Source of the DNA: Patescibacteria group bacterium UBA1388
GTDB lineage: Bacteria > Patescibacteriota > Microgenomatia > UBA1400 > PJMF01
Reading direction: 5' to 3'
NCBI GenBank assembly: GCA_002305355.1
Contig: DBQS01000036.1
Span: 15,612 to 79,611 of the forward strand
Length of the DNA: 64,000 nt
Shown one piece after another: positions 1-8,401 of this stretch; the stretch's first letter is position 1; every line of letters starts with the position of its first letter. Under the pieces are notes generated by a model that did no database searches, was not told the DNA's origin, and was given only the letters and a program-made list of their open reading frames with translations. Made by a program: the position numbers and the translations under genes.

Positions 1-107
1 TCAAGCATTTCGTGATCAGATTTGTCATTTAAATTTTGATCTTGATCCATTTTGGTTTGGGTTTTTTTCATGTGGTCTTTTTTCTGACTAGTCTGTTTTT
101 TTGACAT
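1..107 (-). CDS. 5' part of a gene immediately downstream of secE (possibly nusG with a low-complexity N-terminal extension); truncated by the window edge
   Basis: Minus-strand ATG at 107, reading MSKKQTSQKKDHMKKTQTKMDQDQNLNDKSDHEML; it starts 11 nt after the secE stop. Synteny suggests nusG but the KOW/NGN motifs are not reached. Confidence 0.25.
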   Translation of the reverse strand, partial: MSKKQTSQKKDHMKKTQTKMDQDQNLNDKSDHEML

Positions 108-118
108 AATTATTACTT

Positions 119-307
119 TTATCTTAATAACAAAGCTTGTGCAATGAGTTTTTGAAAGATGTAGTCAAGTGCTCCAATGTAAGCACCAATGATCAAACTA
201 ACGCCAACCACCAAAATGGTCATTTCAATGGTTTGATTTTTTGAAGGCCAAGTAACTTTTTTGAGCTCTCGTCCCACTTCACGAAAATAAGATCCTGGGT
301 TAAACAT
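119..307 (-). CDS. secE: Preprotein translocase subunit SecE
   Basis: 62 aa with a single C-terminal TM helix; the REVGRELKKVTWPSKNQT motif matches the conserved SecE cytoplasmic motif. Confidence 0.8.
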   Translation of the reverse strand: MFNPGSYFREVGRELKKVTWPSKNQTIEMTILVVGVSLIIGAYIGALDYIFQKLIAQALLLR

Positions 308-505
308 AGAACCGATATTCTATCAAATACCTGAAATAATTGAAAGTTCCACATAATAACCGCCGCTTATTGGTGAAGTGTTGCGTCAACACTTTTAAGA
401 TCAAACATATAAAACTTAAAATAAAACCAAGCAAGACGCCTACGATGTTAAGCAATTACATCATGATAGAACGAGTATTGTTGGCAACACTCTCATGGAG
501 GAAAA

Positions 506-2677
506 CTAACTTTTGTTGTCTGGTTTTAACTCTTCAATTTCTGAAGGGTTGTTAATACCTCCCGTCACGCCATGATCACTAACAGAAGGTTTGAGCGGGG
601 GAGTTATCCCATGGCCGTGTGTTTGAGGAGGAGTTTGAGGAGGTTGCCAAGGAATGGTTGTTGAGCCGAATCTGTCTGGGTTCTCCCCTAGATCATCTAA
701 CCGATCATCGTGTGGGGAGAAAATACTAGCCAAAAATTTAAGTACAACCACAATCAGCATGATTACACCAATACCCACAATGATAAAAGGCAAGTAAGAC
801 ATAAAATCACGTTTTGGAAATTCTGGAGCAAAGCTAGTTGACTCAGCAGCATCGAAATCGATCTCTGGAGCAGACGTTTCAGGTGTTTGATCGCTACCGG
901 GGATTGCAGATCTGATGAAATCGGCAATATCTATAAAAAACCCTTGCACCGATCCTAAAATCATATCCAGCATGCTTTCCTCAATTTCTACTTCATCGTC
1001 TATTGATGGAGGGGTAGGCGTCATAGTTGGAATGGGGGTAGGAATTGGTTTAGATGAAGCGCTGGCAGATGGCGAAGGTGAAGCTGAAGGCTGCAAACTT
1101 GAACTGACCGTTGGTGTGGCAAGTGGAGCAGTTTGACGACTATTGGTTGTCGTTGTTGATGCAGTTAATCTACCGGCGGTGGCAGCAGTACATGTTGTGC
1201 TACTGGGATTAGTTGCAAGACGGCAGGCGCCGTTGTAGCAGCGCAAGTTGTTGGCGCAATCGGCGTTGGCAGCACAGCTAACATTACACCCTTCTCTGAT
1301 TTGGGTGGTTTGATTCTCACTTAAAGTAGGACAGGAGGGGTCCTCGACATTGTAAGGATCCCGACATCGATTGTACCAACAAGTCAAGTTGCCACTACAT
1401 TCATTGGTGTCAGCACAGTATTCATTGCACGTCCTATTTAATCCTTGATCTGGAGGATTGTGGCAGACCGAGCTATTGACGTTGGTTGCCAACCGGCAGC
1501 GCTTGCCATCAACACCTGTATCGTAGCAACGCTCATTAGTGGAGCAGTCGCTATTACTGTTACAACGTTCGTTGCAAGTGTCGCTGACTTCATCATTTTC
1601 ATCATCTTCGTCGTCTTCATCTTCATCTGCAAATCTGAGGGTAAAGCTATACTGGTTATCATTTTCGTTTGATTCATCAATAGCGTTTTGATGATCAAGA
1701 CTGACGGTGAATTTATTATCGCCATCTTTAACAACAAAAACTGTTTCTAAGTCTGTTTTGGTGGCGTTTTTGTCTCTGAGCAGCGTGCTATAGCTCAAGT
1801 TTGATTTACCAAGACCACTATCAGCAGCTTGCAACACAATTTCAATCGGAGTTGGGTCGGTGCTACGTTCGTCATAGATACTATTGTTAATTTCTGCCTG
1901 ATGTTTGACAATGTAAAAATTTCCTATCTTCAGATTATCGGCACTCACCAGTTCGTTGCTATCTTGGTTATAAAAGAGAAAACGATCAGCCAACGCACTG
2001 GTGTTGGCGTATAAGTTGTCCCTCTTATCAGCAGTGGTCGCTTTTCCTACTTGAACAGTAATCGGTGCCACATGAGTGAGCTCATCTTTTATCGGTTGAG
2101 AATCGTAAATGGGAGCTATTGAGCGCTCAGTGTCAAAATTGAAAGTAATTTCACCAGTCTTGGTGGGAGTGAATGTTACAACAGCAAAAGTGGTAGCAGC
2201 ACTTGTTGAAAAAGGTTTCTCAGGATTGGATGAAATTGCTTTTATTTCCGCAGTGAAACCATGTTGAACTCGATCAACCTCTGTAGATAAAACGAGTAAA
2301 CCATCTGCTTTTGCATCAATCTGTATTTGATCAGCCACTTCAGTCACCACATCAAATACTAGCTGCACACCGTTCACTCGTACTTGATTGGTATTGACCT
2401 TTAATTCAATTGCGACTTCTTTTCCTACCACAATCTCTTGTGGATAAGTTGCGCTCACCTTCACTTTCCCTTCAACCACTGAAGCTTCTTGGCGAATATC
2501 CTGCGATTCTTGGATTGATTTTTGCGAAACGACCATTGTCAACAACAACAAACCAGTCAATACCAGCACGCCAAGCATGGTGAGCATCGATGAAGTGCGC
2601 TGCAGCCAAGGAAGCTTGTTTTTTGATGGTGAGTTCAAGTGTTGAGACATAACTGCTTTATATTGCTTTAATAACAA
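506..2677 (-). CDS. Large cell-surface protein: signal/TM (real start probably M31/M34 at 2587/2578), beta-rich cohesin-like module, poly-acidic tract, three Cys-rich modules, Pro/Thr/Ser linker, C-terminal TM anchor
   Basis: Translation shows an N-terminal hydrophobic segment MLTMLGVLVLTGLLLLTMVVS, the tract DEDEDDEDDENDE, three ~30-aa CNxxC..DC..NLxCYxxxCR modules, a PT-rich linker (PIPTPIPTMTPTPP) and a TM segment FIIVGIGVIMLIVVVLKFLASIF. Confidence 0.75.
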   Translation of the reverse strand: MLLKQYKAVMSQHLNSPSKNKLPWLQRTSSMLTMLGVLVLTGLLLLTMVVSQKSIQESQDIRQEASVVEGKVKVSATYPQEIVVGKEVAIELKVNTNQVRVNGVQLVFDVVTEVADQIQIDAKADGLLVLSTEVDRVQHGFTAEIKAISSNPEKPFSTSAATTFAVVTFTPTKTGEITFNFDTERSIAPIYDSQPIKDELTHVAPITVQVGKATTADKRDNLYANTSALADRFLFYNQDSNELVSADNLKIGNFYIVKHQAEINNSIYDERSTDPTPIEIVLQAADSGLGKSNLSYSTLLRDKNATKTDLETVFVVKDGDNKFTVSLDHQNAIDESNENDNQYSFTLRFADEDEDDEDDENDEVSDTCNERCNSNSDCSTNERCYDTGVDGKRCRLATNVNSSVCHNPPDQGLNRTCNEYCADTNECSGNLTCWYNRCRDPYNVEDPSCPTLSENQTTQIREGCNVSCAANADCANNLRCYNGACRLATNPSSTTCTAATAGRLTASTTTTNSRQTAPLATPTVSSSLQPSASPSPSASASSKPIPTPIPTMTPTPPSIDDEVEIEESMLDMILGSVQGFFIDIADFIRSAIPGSDQTPETSAPEIDFDAAESTSFAPEFPKRDFMSYLPFIIVGIGVIMLIVVVLKFLASIFSPHDDRLDDLGENPDRFGSTTIPWQPPQTPPQTHGHGITPPLKPSVSDHGVTGGINNPSEIEELKPDNKS

Positions 2678-2679
2678 AA

Positions 2680-3687
2680 TTATTTAAATGCGTTCACAAA
2701 AAGATTAAAATCCATTATATCCACTTTTTCGTCCTGATTGATATCTCCCCGCAAGCGGTAATACGACCCAGTGGCTCCATAATTGACAACTAAAATGTGA
2801 TAGTCAAACAAATCTACTAAACCGTCTTGATTGAAATCAGCGGGTGGAAGATTTGTTGGTGGGCAAGGTCTAAAGATACAATTGTTTTGGGGATCCCTGC
2901 TGACACTCGATCCATCGGGGCAAATTTTAACATCTGCTGCACAGACTATGTCTGACTCGCTTTCTGAAGTAAACGCTTCCACTTTGATATTTTTGAAAAA
3001 AATCTTGCTTCGTTCATCTGCAGATGTTAAAATCATATCTCCTTGATGGGAATATGGCTGACCAAGATTGCCTTTAAAAAAAGGAACTTCGTCAGCAGCA
3101 AAAAAAATCCATTCAGGATTAAGATTGACCGAGTCGTAGGTGCGCAATTCGTTTGTCCACCAAGTGTTGCTATCCTTATAGAAGTAGGCATAGAATCTCA
3201 TTTCTTGATCATTTTCTGTCCACGCTACTTCCAAAGTAGTGTAGTTTTGATCACCACTGGTGGGAGGGTCAGAATGGATTAAAAATTTATCAGTGTTACC
3301 CACAAATACTTCACCCTCTGACTCAATCATGAAACTATCAGCTTGAAGATAGGTATGCTCTGTTTTCCAGACGATGGGATTGTCTGTTTGGTATTGCACC
3401 GAATCAGGTGGTAATGTTTCAATCGTGGCAAAAGAATTTGATTCTGCAGCTAACTGTGAATCAGACTGAAAAGCAAGTTGTGGGGTATCATTTACAGCTT
3501 GTGAATCAATGAAAAATTGATGCAATGCTGCTGTGACCAGCATTGGTAGAAAGGCGGCGAGTAAAGCCAAGGTAATAAGTTGTTTAGGAGGTAATTGCCT
3601 AATTTTTTCGACAGCAACAAGAAATTTTGATTTAGAATGATTTAGTTTGGGTGTTGTGTCCATCGCAAAATCTTTGCTGTGCTTCAA
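2680..3687 (-). CDS. Secreted/membrane-anchored protein with a C-terminal dockerin module
   Basis: N-terminal TM LITLALLAAFLPMLVTAAL. The C-terminus DFNQDGLVDLFDYHILVVNYG...GDINQDEKVDIMDFNLFVNAFK is a duplicated DxNxDGxVDxxD calcium-binding dockerin signature. It lies 2 nt upstream of the 506..2677 gene. Confidence 0.75.
   Translation of the reverse strand: MKHSKDFAMDTTPKLNHSKSKFLVAVEKIRQLPPKQLITLALLAAFLPMLVTAALHQFFIDSQAVNDTPQLAFQSDSQLAAESNSFATIETLPPDSVQYQTDNPIVWKTEHTYLQADSFMIESEGEVFVGNTDKFLIHSDPPTSGDQNYTTLEVAWTENDQEMRFYAYFYKDSNTWWTNELRTYDSVNLNPEWIFFAADEVPFFKGNLGQPYSHQGDMILTSADERSKIFFKNIKVEAFTSESESDIVCAADVKICPDGSSVSRDPQNNCIFRPCPPTNLPPADFNQDGLVDLFDYHILVVNYGATGSYYRLRGDINQDEKVDIMDFNLFVNAFK
2683..2847 (-). 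other. Dockerin type-I-like module (two Ca-binding repeats)
   Basis: DFNQDGLVDLFD and DINQDEKVDIMD, each followed by a hydrophobic helix. Confidence 0.7.
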
Positions 3688-3810
3688 TCGGTTTAAATTT
3701 TAGCTACAATGAATCTAACATTAAAAACGCACGAGTCATAGCTACGAACCTAGCATCTAGCTTAACTCTTGAATCGAGCGGCTGTCAACATGAAATGATA
3801 AAAAATTGTT

Positions 3811-5136
3811 TTGAATAATAAAATGATCAGGGTTTATAAGTTGACACAATTAGAGAAAATCATTGTAGCTTGGTTGGTTTTAGGTTGGTCGTGGTTGGCG
3901 ACAGTAGGTTGGGTAATTGGCCTAACTGGTTTTGATTTGATTCCAGAGTTAGTGCGCGTTACATCATTTTATATTTGGAGTGAGGGGTTGATGGTGCTGA
4001 CTTTGTTGGACTGGTTGGGGCGTGTTGGGAAAACCGTCAGCTTTCCACACTTGGACAGATCAGGCAAATTATTGGGCTTGGCATTGATGATGCACCTGGG
4101 GTGGATTGCCATCACTGCGGTGTTGGGTGAAAACCCGGCCCAGAGTTTTTGGGGAAATTATTATCGACAGGACGGTTTGTTGACGCTGGCTCATCTAGCA
4201 ATGTGGGTAGTGATGATTGGCTTGTGGTGGCGAGAAATTTGGGGCCAGTGGTTATGGTTGCTGATTGCTCTAAGTGGAATAGTTTTATCACTTGGTTTGG
4301 TGTTGATGCATGTTTGGCAATGGGCAATGGTGATGGGGGGTTGGCCAGAAAGGGTAATCCAAAGTTCATTGCTGATGACTGGCGGTTTTGGTCACCCGGC
4401 TTACTTGGCGGGCTTTTTGGTGTTAACTTTGCCTTTTATTTGGTTTTTGCCTAATTTGCTTGCTAGGTCTGGTGAGTTTGAAAAGGGTTATGAGGGGCGG
4501 CGGCGGGAGTGGCTCAGGGGGGTGGGGTTGGTCAGCGCCGCCGCCGCCATCATCTTGACTCAATCAACAGGTGCTACGCTGGCCTTGGTCATTTTTTTTG
4601 GAATGACATTATTTGCATCCTTTCGTCGTCGAGCCTTGAGAATAGAGATTATTGTTTTGATCGGCGTGGCAGTCTTCGTCACCTCAACCTGGATCTATGT
4701 TTCACAACTTAATTCTTATGAAGGTAGGCCAAGAATTTTCCATAACCTGTGGTCAGCCAGTCAGCAACGACCAATTATTGGTTGGGGCTGGGCAAATATT
4801 GACTCAGCTTTTAAAAATGTAGAGTGGCCATATCCAGTGCAATTTGATGTTTATTTGGATAAAGCCCATTCTCACATGTTGGAAATATTGGTAGCAACGG
4901 GTTGGCCAGGACTAATAATCTACTTGGCTTTTATAAGTATCTTGTTGCTCATAGCTTTCAGTAAATACAAGAAAATAACACTTAAAAAAAGATCAACAAA
5001 CCAATATTATTTGGCAATACTGATGTGTTTGGTACTGTATATCTTTCACTCCCAAACAAATGTCATCTCAATTATGGAAGAAATAATCTTCTGGTTTTGT
5101 GTGGGTCTGGTGATTGACTCAACAAAAGTTATTTGA
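3811..5136 (+). CDS. O-antigen ligase (Wzy_C)-like polytopic membrane protein
   Basis: About 10 TM helices. The KAHSHMLEILVATGWPGL motif matches the Wzy_C AHNxxLxxxxExGxxG signature. Confidence 0.65.
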   Translation: MNNKMIRVYKLTQLEKIIVAWLVLGWSWLATVGWVIGLTGFDLIPELVRVTSFYIWSEGLMVLTLLDWLGRVGKTVSFPHLDRSGKLLGLALMMHLGWIAITAVLGENPAQSFWGNYYRQDGLLTLAHLAMWVVMIGLWWREIWGQWLWLLIALSGIVLSLGLVLMHVWQWAMVMGGWPERVIQSSLLMTGGFGHPAYLAGFLVLTLPFIWFLPNLLARSGEFEKGYEGRRREWLRGVGLVSAAAAIILTQSTGATLALVIFFGMTLFASFRRRALRIEIIVLIGVAVFVTSTWIYVSQLNSYEGRPRIFHNLWSASQQRPIIGWGWANIDSAFKNVEWPYPVQFDVYLDKAHSHMLEILVATGWPGLIIYLAFISILLLIAFSKYKKITLKKRSTNQYYLAILMCLVLYIFHSQTNVISIMEEIIFWFCVGLVIDSTKVI

Positions 5137-5147
5137 ACTGTTCGTCA

Positions 5148-6983
5148 CTACGAGGCATTACGAAAGATAACTACCCAAGCATTAAAATCAAGGATATCAA
5201 TCCGACCATTGTTATCCATGTCTGAAGAGGTAAATCCCGGATTACCGGTTCTACCGTACTCGCTAACAAAAACATTAAAGTCCAGAAGATTGATGATGTT
5301 GTCTTGATTGAAGTCGCCTCTCAATGTGTTGCCGGTTGAGCAAGTTGCCGTTCGAATTGAACGGGTTGGGCTTGAGCTAAAGCCATTCCATAAATTAACA
5401 TAGTATTGAGTATTTTCAGATAAATTTAGGGCAGGTTGATTGGATTGGGGTAAAAAATTGGCTGGAGCAATTATTTGAAAATATTGACTTGAGTTGTTAG
5501 CGGTGACTAGATCAACTTTCTTAATGGTGCTGCTCCAAAATTTATCGAAAGTTGGGTTTTTGCTAATATTAGCGACAGACACAGCTTGTTGGTAATTTGC
5601 TGGCCACTGAATTCTAATAATCGGCTGTCGGCCATTTTGTGTGGTGATACAGCTTGAACTAAGAGTAGGGGCTGATGGGGTCAGAGGGGTTTGTAGAAAA
5701 TTGGCAAATTCCCGATTGATCTGATTAATACTGACTCGGTTAAAAGCATTTCCTCCGGGTTCAAAATAATGTCTCATAATTGAGTTTTCAGATGAGCGGT
5801 AAAGGTTGGGGTAATAACAACCAGCTAAGCAATCCGTTCCATCAATATTTTCCCATTTTGGACAGCTGGCTACATCGCAGTTGGCTCTTGATAGGACGAA
5901 TTGTGTGTTCGAAGAAGCATGATGATCTACTAAATATTCATCTGCCAACCTACCGAATGCATGACCAAGCTCATGAACAGCTATAGATAGATAGTCCACG
6001 TCAGTCGAGACTATAGCGATTCTGTCGTAAGCAGTGCCAGCTGGTTGATTGGAATCGTAAAGTACGATGACGTTATCAACCCAAACGTATTTAAGCAACT
6101 GTACTAAAGCAGTCCGATTACACTCGATAAGAGTTTGTCCAACATATGGAATATTACAGTTAATTGATTGGGTGAATATCTTCTTGATTTTAATATCATT
6201 TCTATGCTGATTGAATGGTTTGTAGGTTAACAAATGTTGCAAGATATGATTCACATGTTGATCAAATTTTGCTCTATCTGTGTAGTTGGAGCTAACGAAA
6301 ACGAAATCAATTTGCCCGTTATAAAATGAAATATTATTTGAGTAGTTATTTTGTGTAACACCCAATACTTGTTGATCGGGATCGTCTAGGGCAAAATCTG
6401 AAGAATTCAAATCTACTGACTCAATGATTAACTCATCTTCATTGATTATGGTTGTGGGTTCGGAGGGTGACGACAAGAGTTGAGCATTAATGAGCGGAAT
6501 GATTTCTCCTGTTTCAGTTTTCCTGATCTGCAGTTGAGCTTTCGGCCACACCTTAAAAGCAATCGTCAGACTATCCTTAAGTTGACCCCCAGACCTATCA
6601 CCATCATAGTAAATTGTAAAATTAAGAGGAATGGAGTCGACAATCTCTTCTCCAACTATCTGATCTAGAATAAGTTCTGGGTTAGGTTGAGTGATAAGTG
6701 GTAAATTCATTCCTTCAAATTTTTCTACGCTTTCCAAAATAATTTTGTCATCTTGATAGGTTAAGTTGGCTAGAACAAAAATTGGCTCCTGATTTGTCGT
6801 CGCTTGACTGCGAATATCTTGAGTGCCAGGTTCCTGATCTTGAGCATTAGGTTGTTGCTCTTGGATTAAACCCAACTGCGATACCATAGGTTTAGCAGTG
6901 TAAAATAAAACACCGATTAAACTCATAAAGAGGAGAATTGTTTTAATATTAGAATAGTGATGTTGTGTTTGATGAACCAACAT
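5148..6983 (-). CDS. Secreted zinc metalloprotease (HExxH...DEY, M64-like) with a C-terminal dockerin module
   Basis: N-terminal signal/TM ILLFMSLIGVLFYTA; VHELGHAFGRLADEY at nt 5934..5975; C-terminus DFNQDNIINLLDFNVFVSEYG...DMDNNGRIDILDFNAWVVIF. Confidence 0.75.
   Translation of the reverse strand: MLVHQTQHHYSNIKTILLFMSLIGVLFYTAKPMVSQLGLIQEQQPNAQDQEPGTQDIRSQATTNQEPIFVLANLTYQDDKIILESVEKFEGMNLPLITQPNPELILDQIVGEEIVDSIPLNFTIYYDGDRSGGQLKDSLTIAFKVWPKAQLQIRKTETGEIIPLINAQLLSSPSEPTTIINEDELIIESVDLNSSDFALDDPDQQVLGVTQNNYSNNISFYNGQIDFVFVSSNYTDRAKFDQHVNHILQHLLTYKPFNQHRNDIKIKKIFTQSINCNIPYVGQTLIECNRTALVQLLKYVWVDNVIVLYDSNQPAGTAYDRIAIVSTDVDYLSIAVHELGHAFGRLADEYLVDHHASSNTQFVLSRANCDVASCPKWENIDGTDCLAGCYYPNLYRSSENSIMRHYFEPGGNAFNRVSINQINREFANFLQTPLTPSAPTLSSSCITTQNGRQPIIRIQWPANYQQAVSVANISKNPTFDKFWSSTIKKVDLVTANNSSQYFQIIAPANFLPQSNQPALNLSENTQYYVNLWNGFSSSPTRSIRTATCSTGNTLRGDFNQDNIINLLDFNVFVSEYGRTGNPGFTSSDMDNNGRIDILDFNAWVVIFRNAS
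5151..5321 (-). other. Dockerin type-I-like module (two Ca-binding repeats)
   Basis: DFNQDNIINLLD and DMDNNGRIDILD repeats. Confidence 0.7.
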
Positions 6984-7105
6984 ATAGTAATTTGATTTAC
7001 CACAGCTGAGTTAAGTCAGTATAGATCAATTTTTGAATGCGGTATACTATTTCGGTACGTAGGATATAAAACTAAATACTATTCGTAATACACGATGGGA
7101 GGCAA

Positions 7106-7996
7106 ATGACAGAGAGTATTGTTCGTAAAGCTATCATTACCGACGCTGGGTTTGCCAGTAGGTACTTACCCATTACTAAGACTATTCCCAAAGCGATGTT
7201 GCCGCTTGGCAACAAACCAGTCATGCAGTTCATGGTGGAGGAGTGTACACAGGCTGGAATCCAGGAAATTATTATTGTGGCCACCCCAGAGGGTAAACCA
7301 ATTTATGAGGATTATTTCCATAATAGTGTAATTCGGATCAAGAAGCAGCTTGAGTCGCAAGGTAAATTGGATCGTTACGAGCCTGTACAGCGAGTATTAG
7401 ACTTCCCTAAAATTACCATCATCACTCAAGACCCAAGCTTGCCATATGGTAATGGTTCACCAGTCGCATCTGCTCAAAAATTTGTCGAGGGAGAAGAAGC
7501 ATTTTTGGTAATGTACAGTGATGATGTGGTTTATGGCGAACATGGTGATGCCAAGGCATTGGTTGACTTATTTGCTGCTCGAAAAGATGCCGATGCGATT
7601 ATTATGGCTCAAGAGGTGAGCTCGGAAGTTGTTGACAAGTATGGCATTATTTCTTTTAAAGATGGCACCGATAATCAACTTGATAACATTATTGAAAAAC
7701 CAGAAGTTGGTCAAGCTCCTTCCACGCTGGCTTCTTATGGCCGTTACCTGTTGAAACCCTCAATATTTGATCATCTGGTGCCGAAGTATACGGGCAAAGA
7801 CGGTGAGTTGTGGACAGTTGATGCGATCACTAAAATTGCTGAGTCAGGAACAGTGTTGGTAGAAAAAACTAAAGGCCAATGGCTTACAACCGGCGATCCG
7901 GAAAATTATTTTAGAGCTTATTTGGAATTTGTGATCAAGTTTGAAAAATATGGTCACAAAATACCGGCGTGGTTAGAAGAAATTGGTGGAGTTTGA
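7106..7996 (+). CDS. galU: UTP-glucose-1-phosphate uridylyltransferase
   Basis: ITDAGFASRYLPITKTIPKAMLPLGNKPVMQFMVEE is the nucleotidyltransferase G-loop typical of GalU. GGGAGG RBS 4 nt upstream. Confidence 0.75.
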   Translation: MTESIVRKAIITDAGFASRYLPITKTIPKAMLPLGNKPVMQFMVEECTQAGIQEIIIVATPEGKPIYEDYFHNSVIRIKKQLESQGKLDRYEPVQRVLDFPKITIITQDPSLPYGNGSPVASAQKFVEGEEAFLVMYSDDVVYGEHGDAKALVDLFAARKDADAIIMAQEVSSEVVDKYGIISFKDGTDNQLDNIIEKPEVGQAPSTLASYGRYLLKPSIFDHLVPKYTGKDGELWTVDAITKIAESGTVLVEKTKGQWLTTGDPENYFRAYLEFVIKFEKYGHKIPAWLEEIGGV

Positions 7997-8325
7997 CACT
8001 CCAGCAAGAACATAATCGTTCGCTTCAATTCTGAATTTAGGTCTAATTAAAGACTTATCGCCAATGATATAATGAGTTCAGCAGGGATCGTTAACAATCG
8101 GGTGTGGGAGATGCAGATGTTTTCCTGAACACCTCGTATACGGGCGATAGACTGTCTGAGTGCGTCGTGGCGCACGCAGCTTCTTACCCACTTTGTATTT
8201 GCGGGGAATTGCGTCTCTCACATTCGGCGGTTAGACAATCTGAAGAGTTCTTCAGAGTGGGGTTTGGTATGTAGTTTGGCGTGATTGTTACCACGTTTGA
8301 CATTGTGATGTTAGGAACATATTAA

Positions 8326-8401
8326 GCCTTCGTAGCTCAGGTGGCAGAGCGCTTTCTTGGTAAGAAAGAGGTCTCGGGTCCGACTCCCGACGAAGGCTCC
8401 A
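8326..8401 (+). tRNA. tRNA-Thr (anticodon GGT)
   Basis: Cloverleaf: acceptor GCCTTCG/CGAAGGC, D-stem GCTC/GAGC, anticodon loop TTGGTAA, T-loop, encoded CCA. Confidence 0.85.

Noticed and set aside
340-555. 71-aa plus-strand ORF between secE and the large surface-protein gene
   Set aside because: AT-rich, low-complexity, lysine-rich translation in a short intergenic/3' region, with no RBS or motif.
8297-8325. TTGACA-17-TATTAA promoter-like pair directly abutting tRNA-Thr(GGT)
   Set aside because: The -10 hexamer ends 1 nt before the mature tRNA 5' end, which is too close for a transcription start; probably fortuitous.
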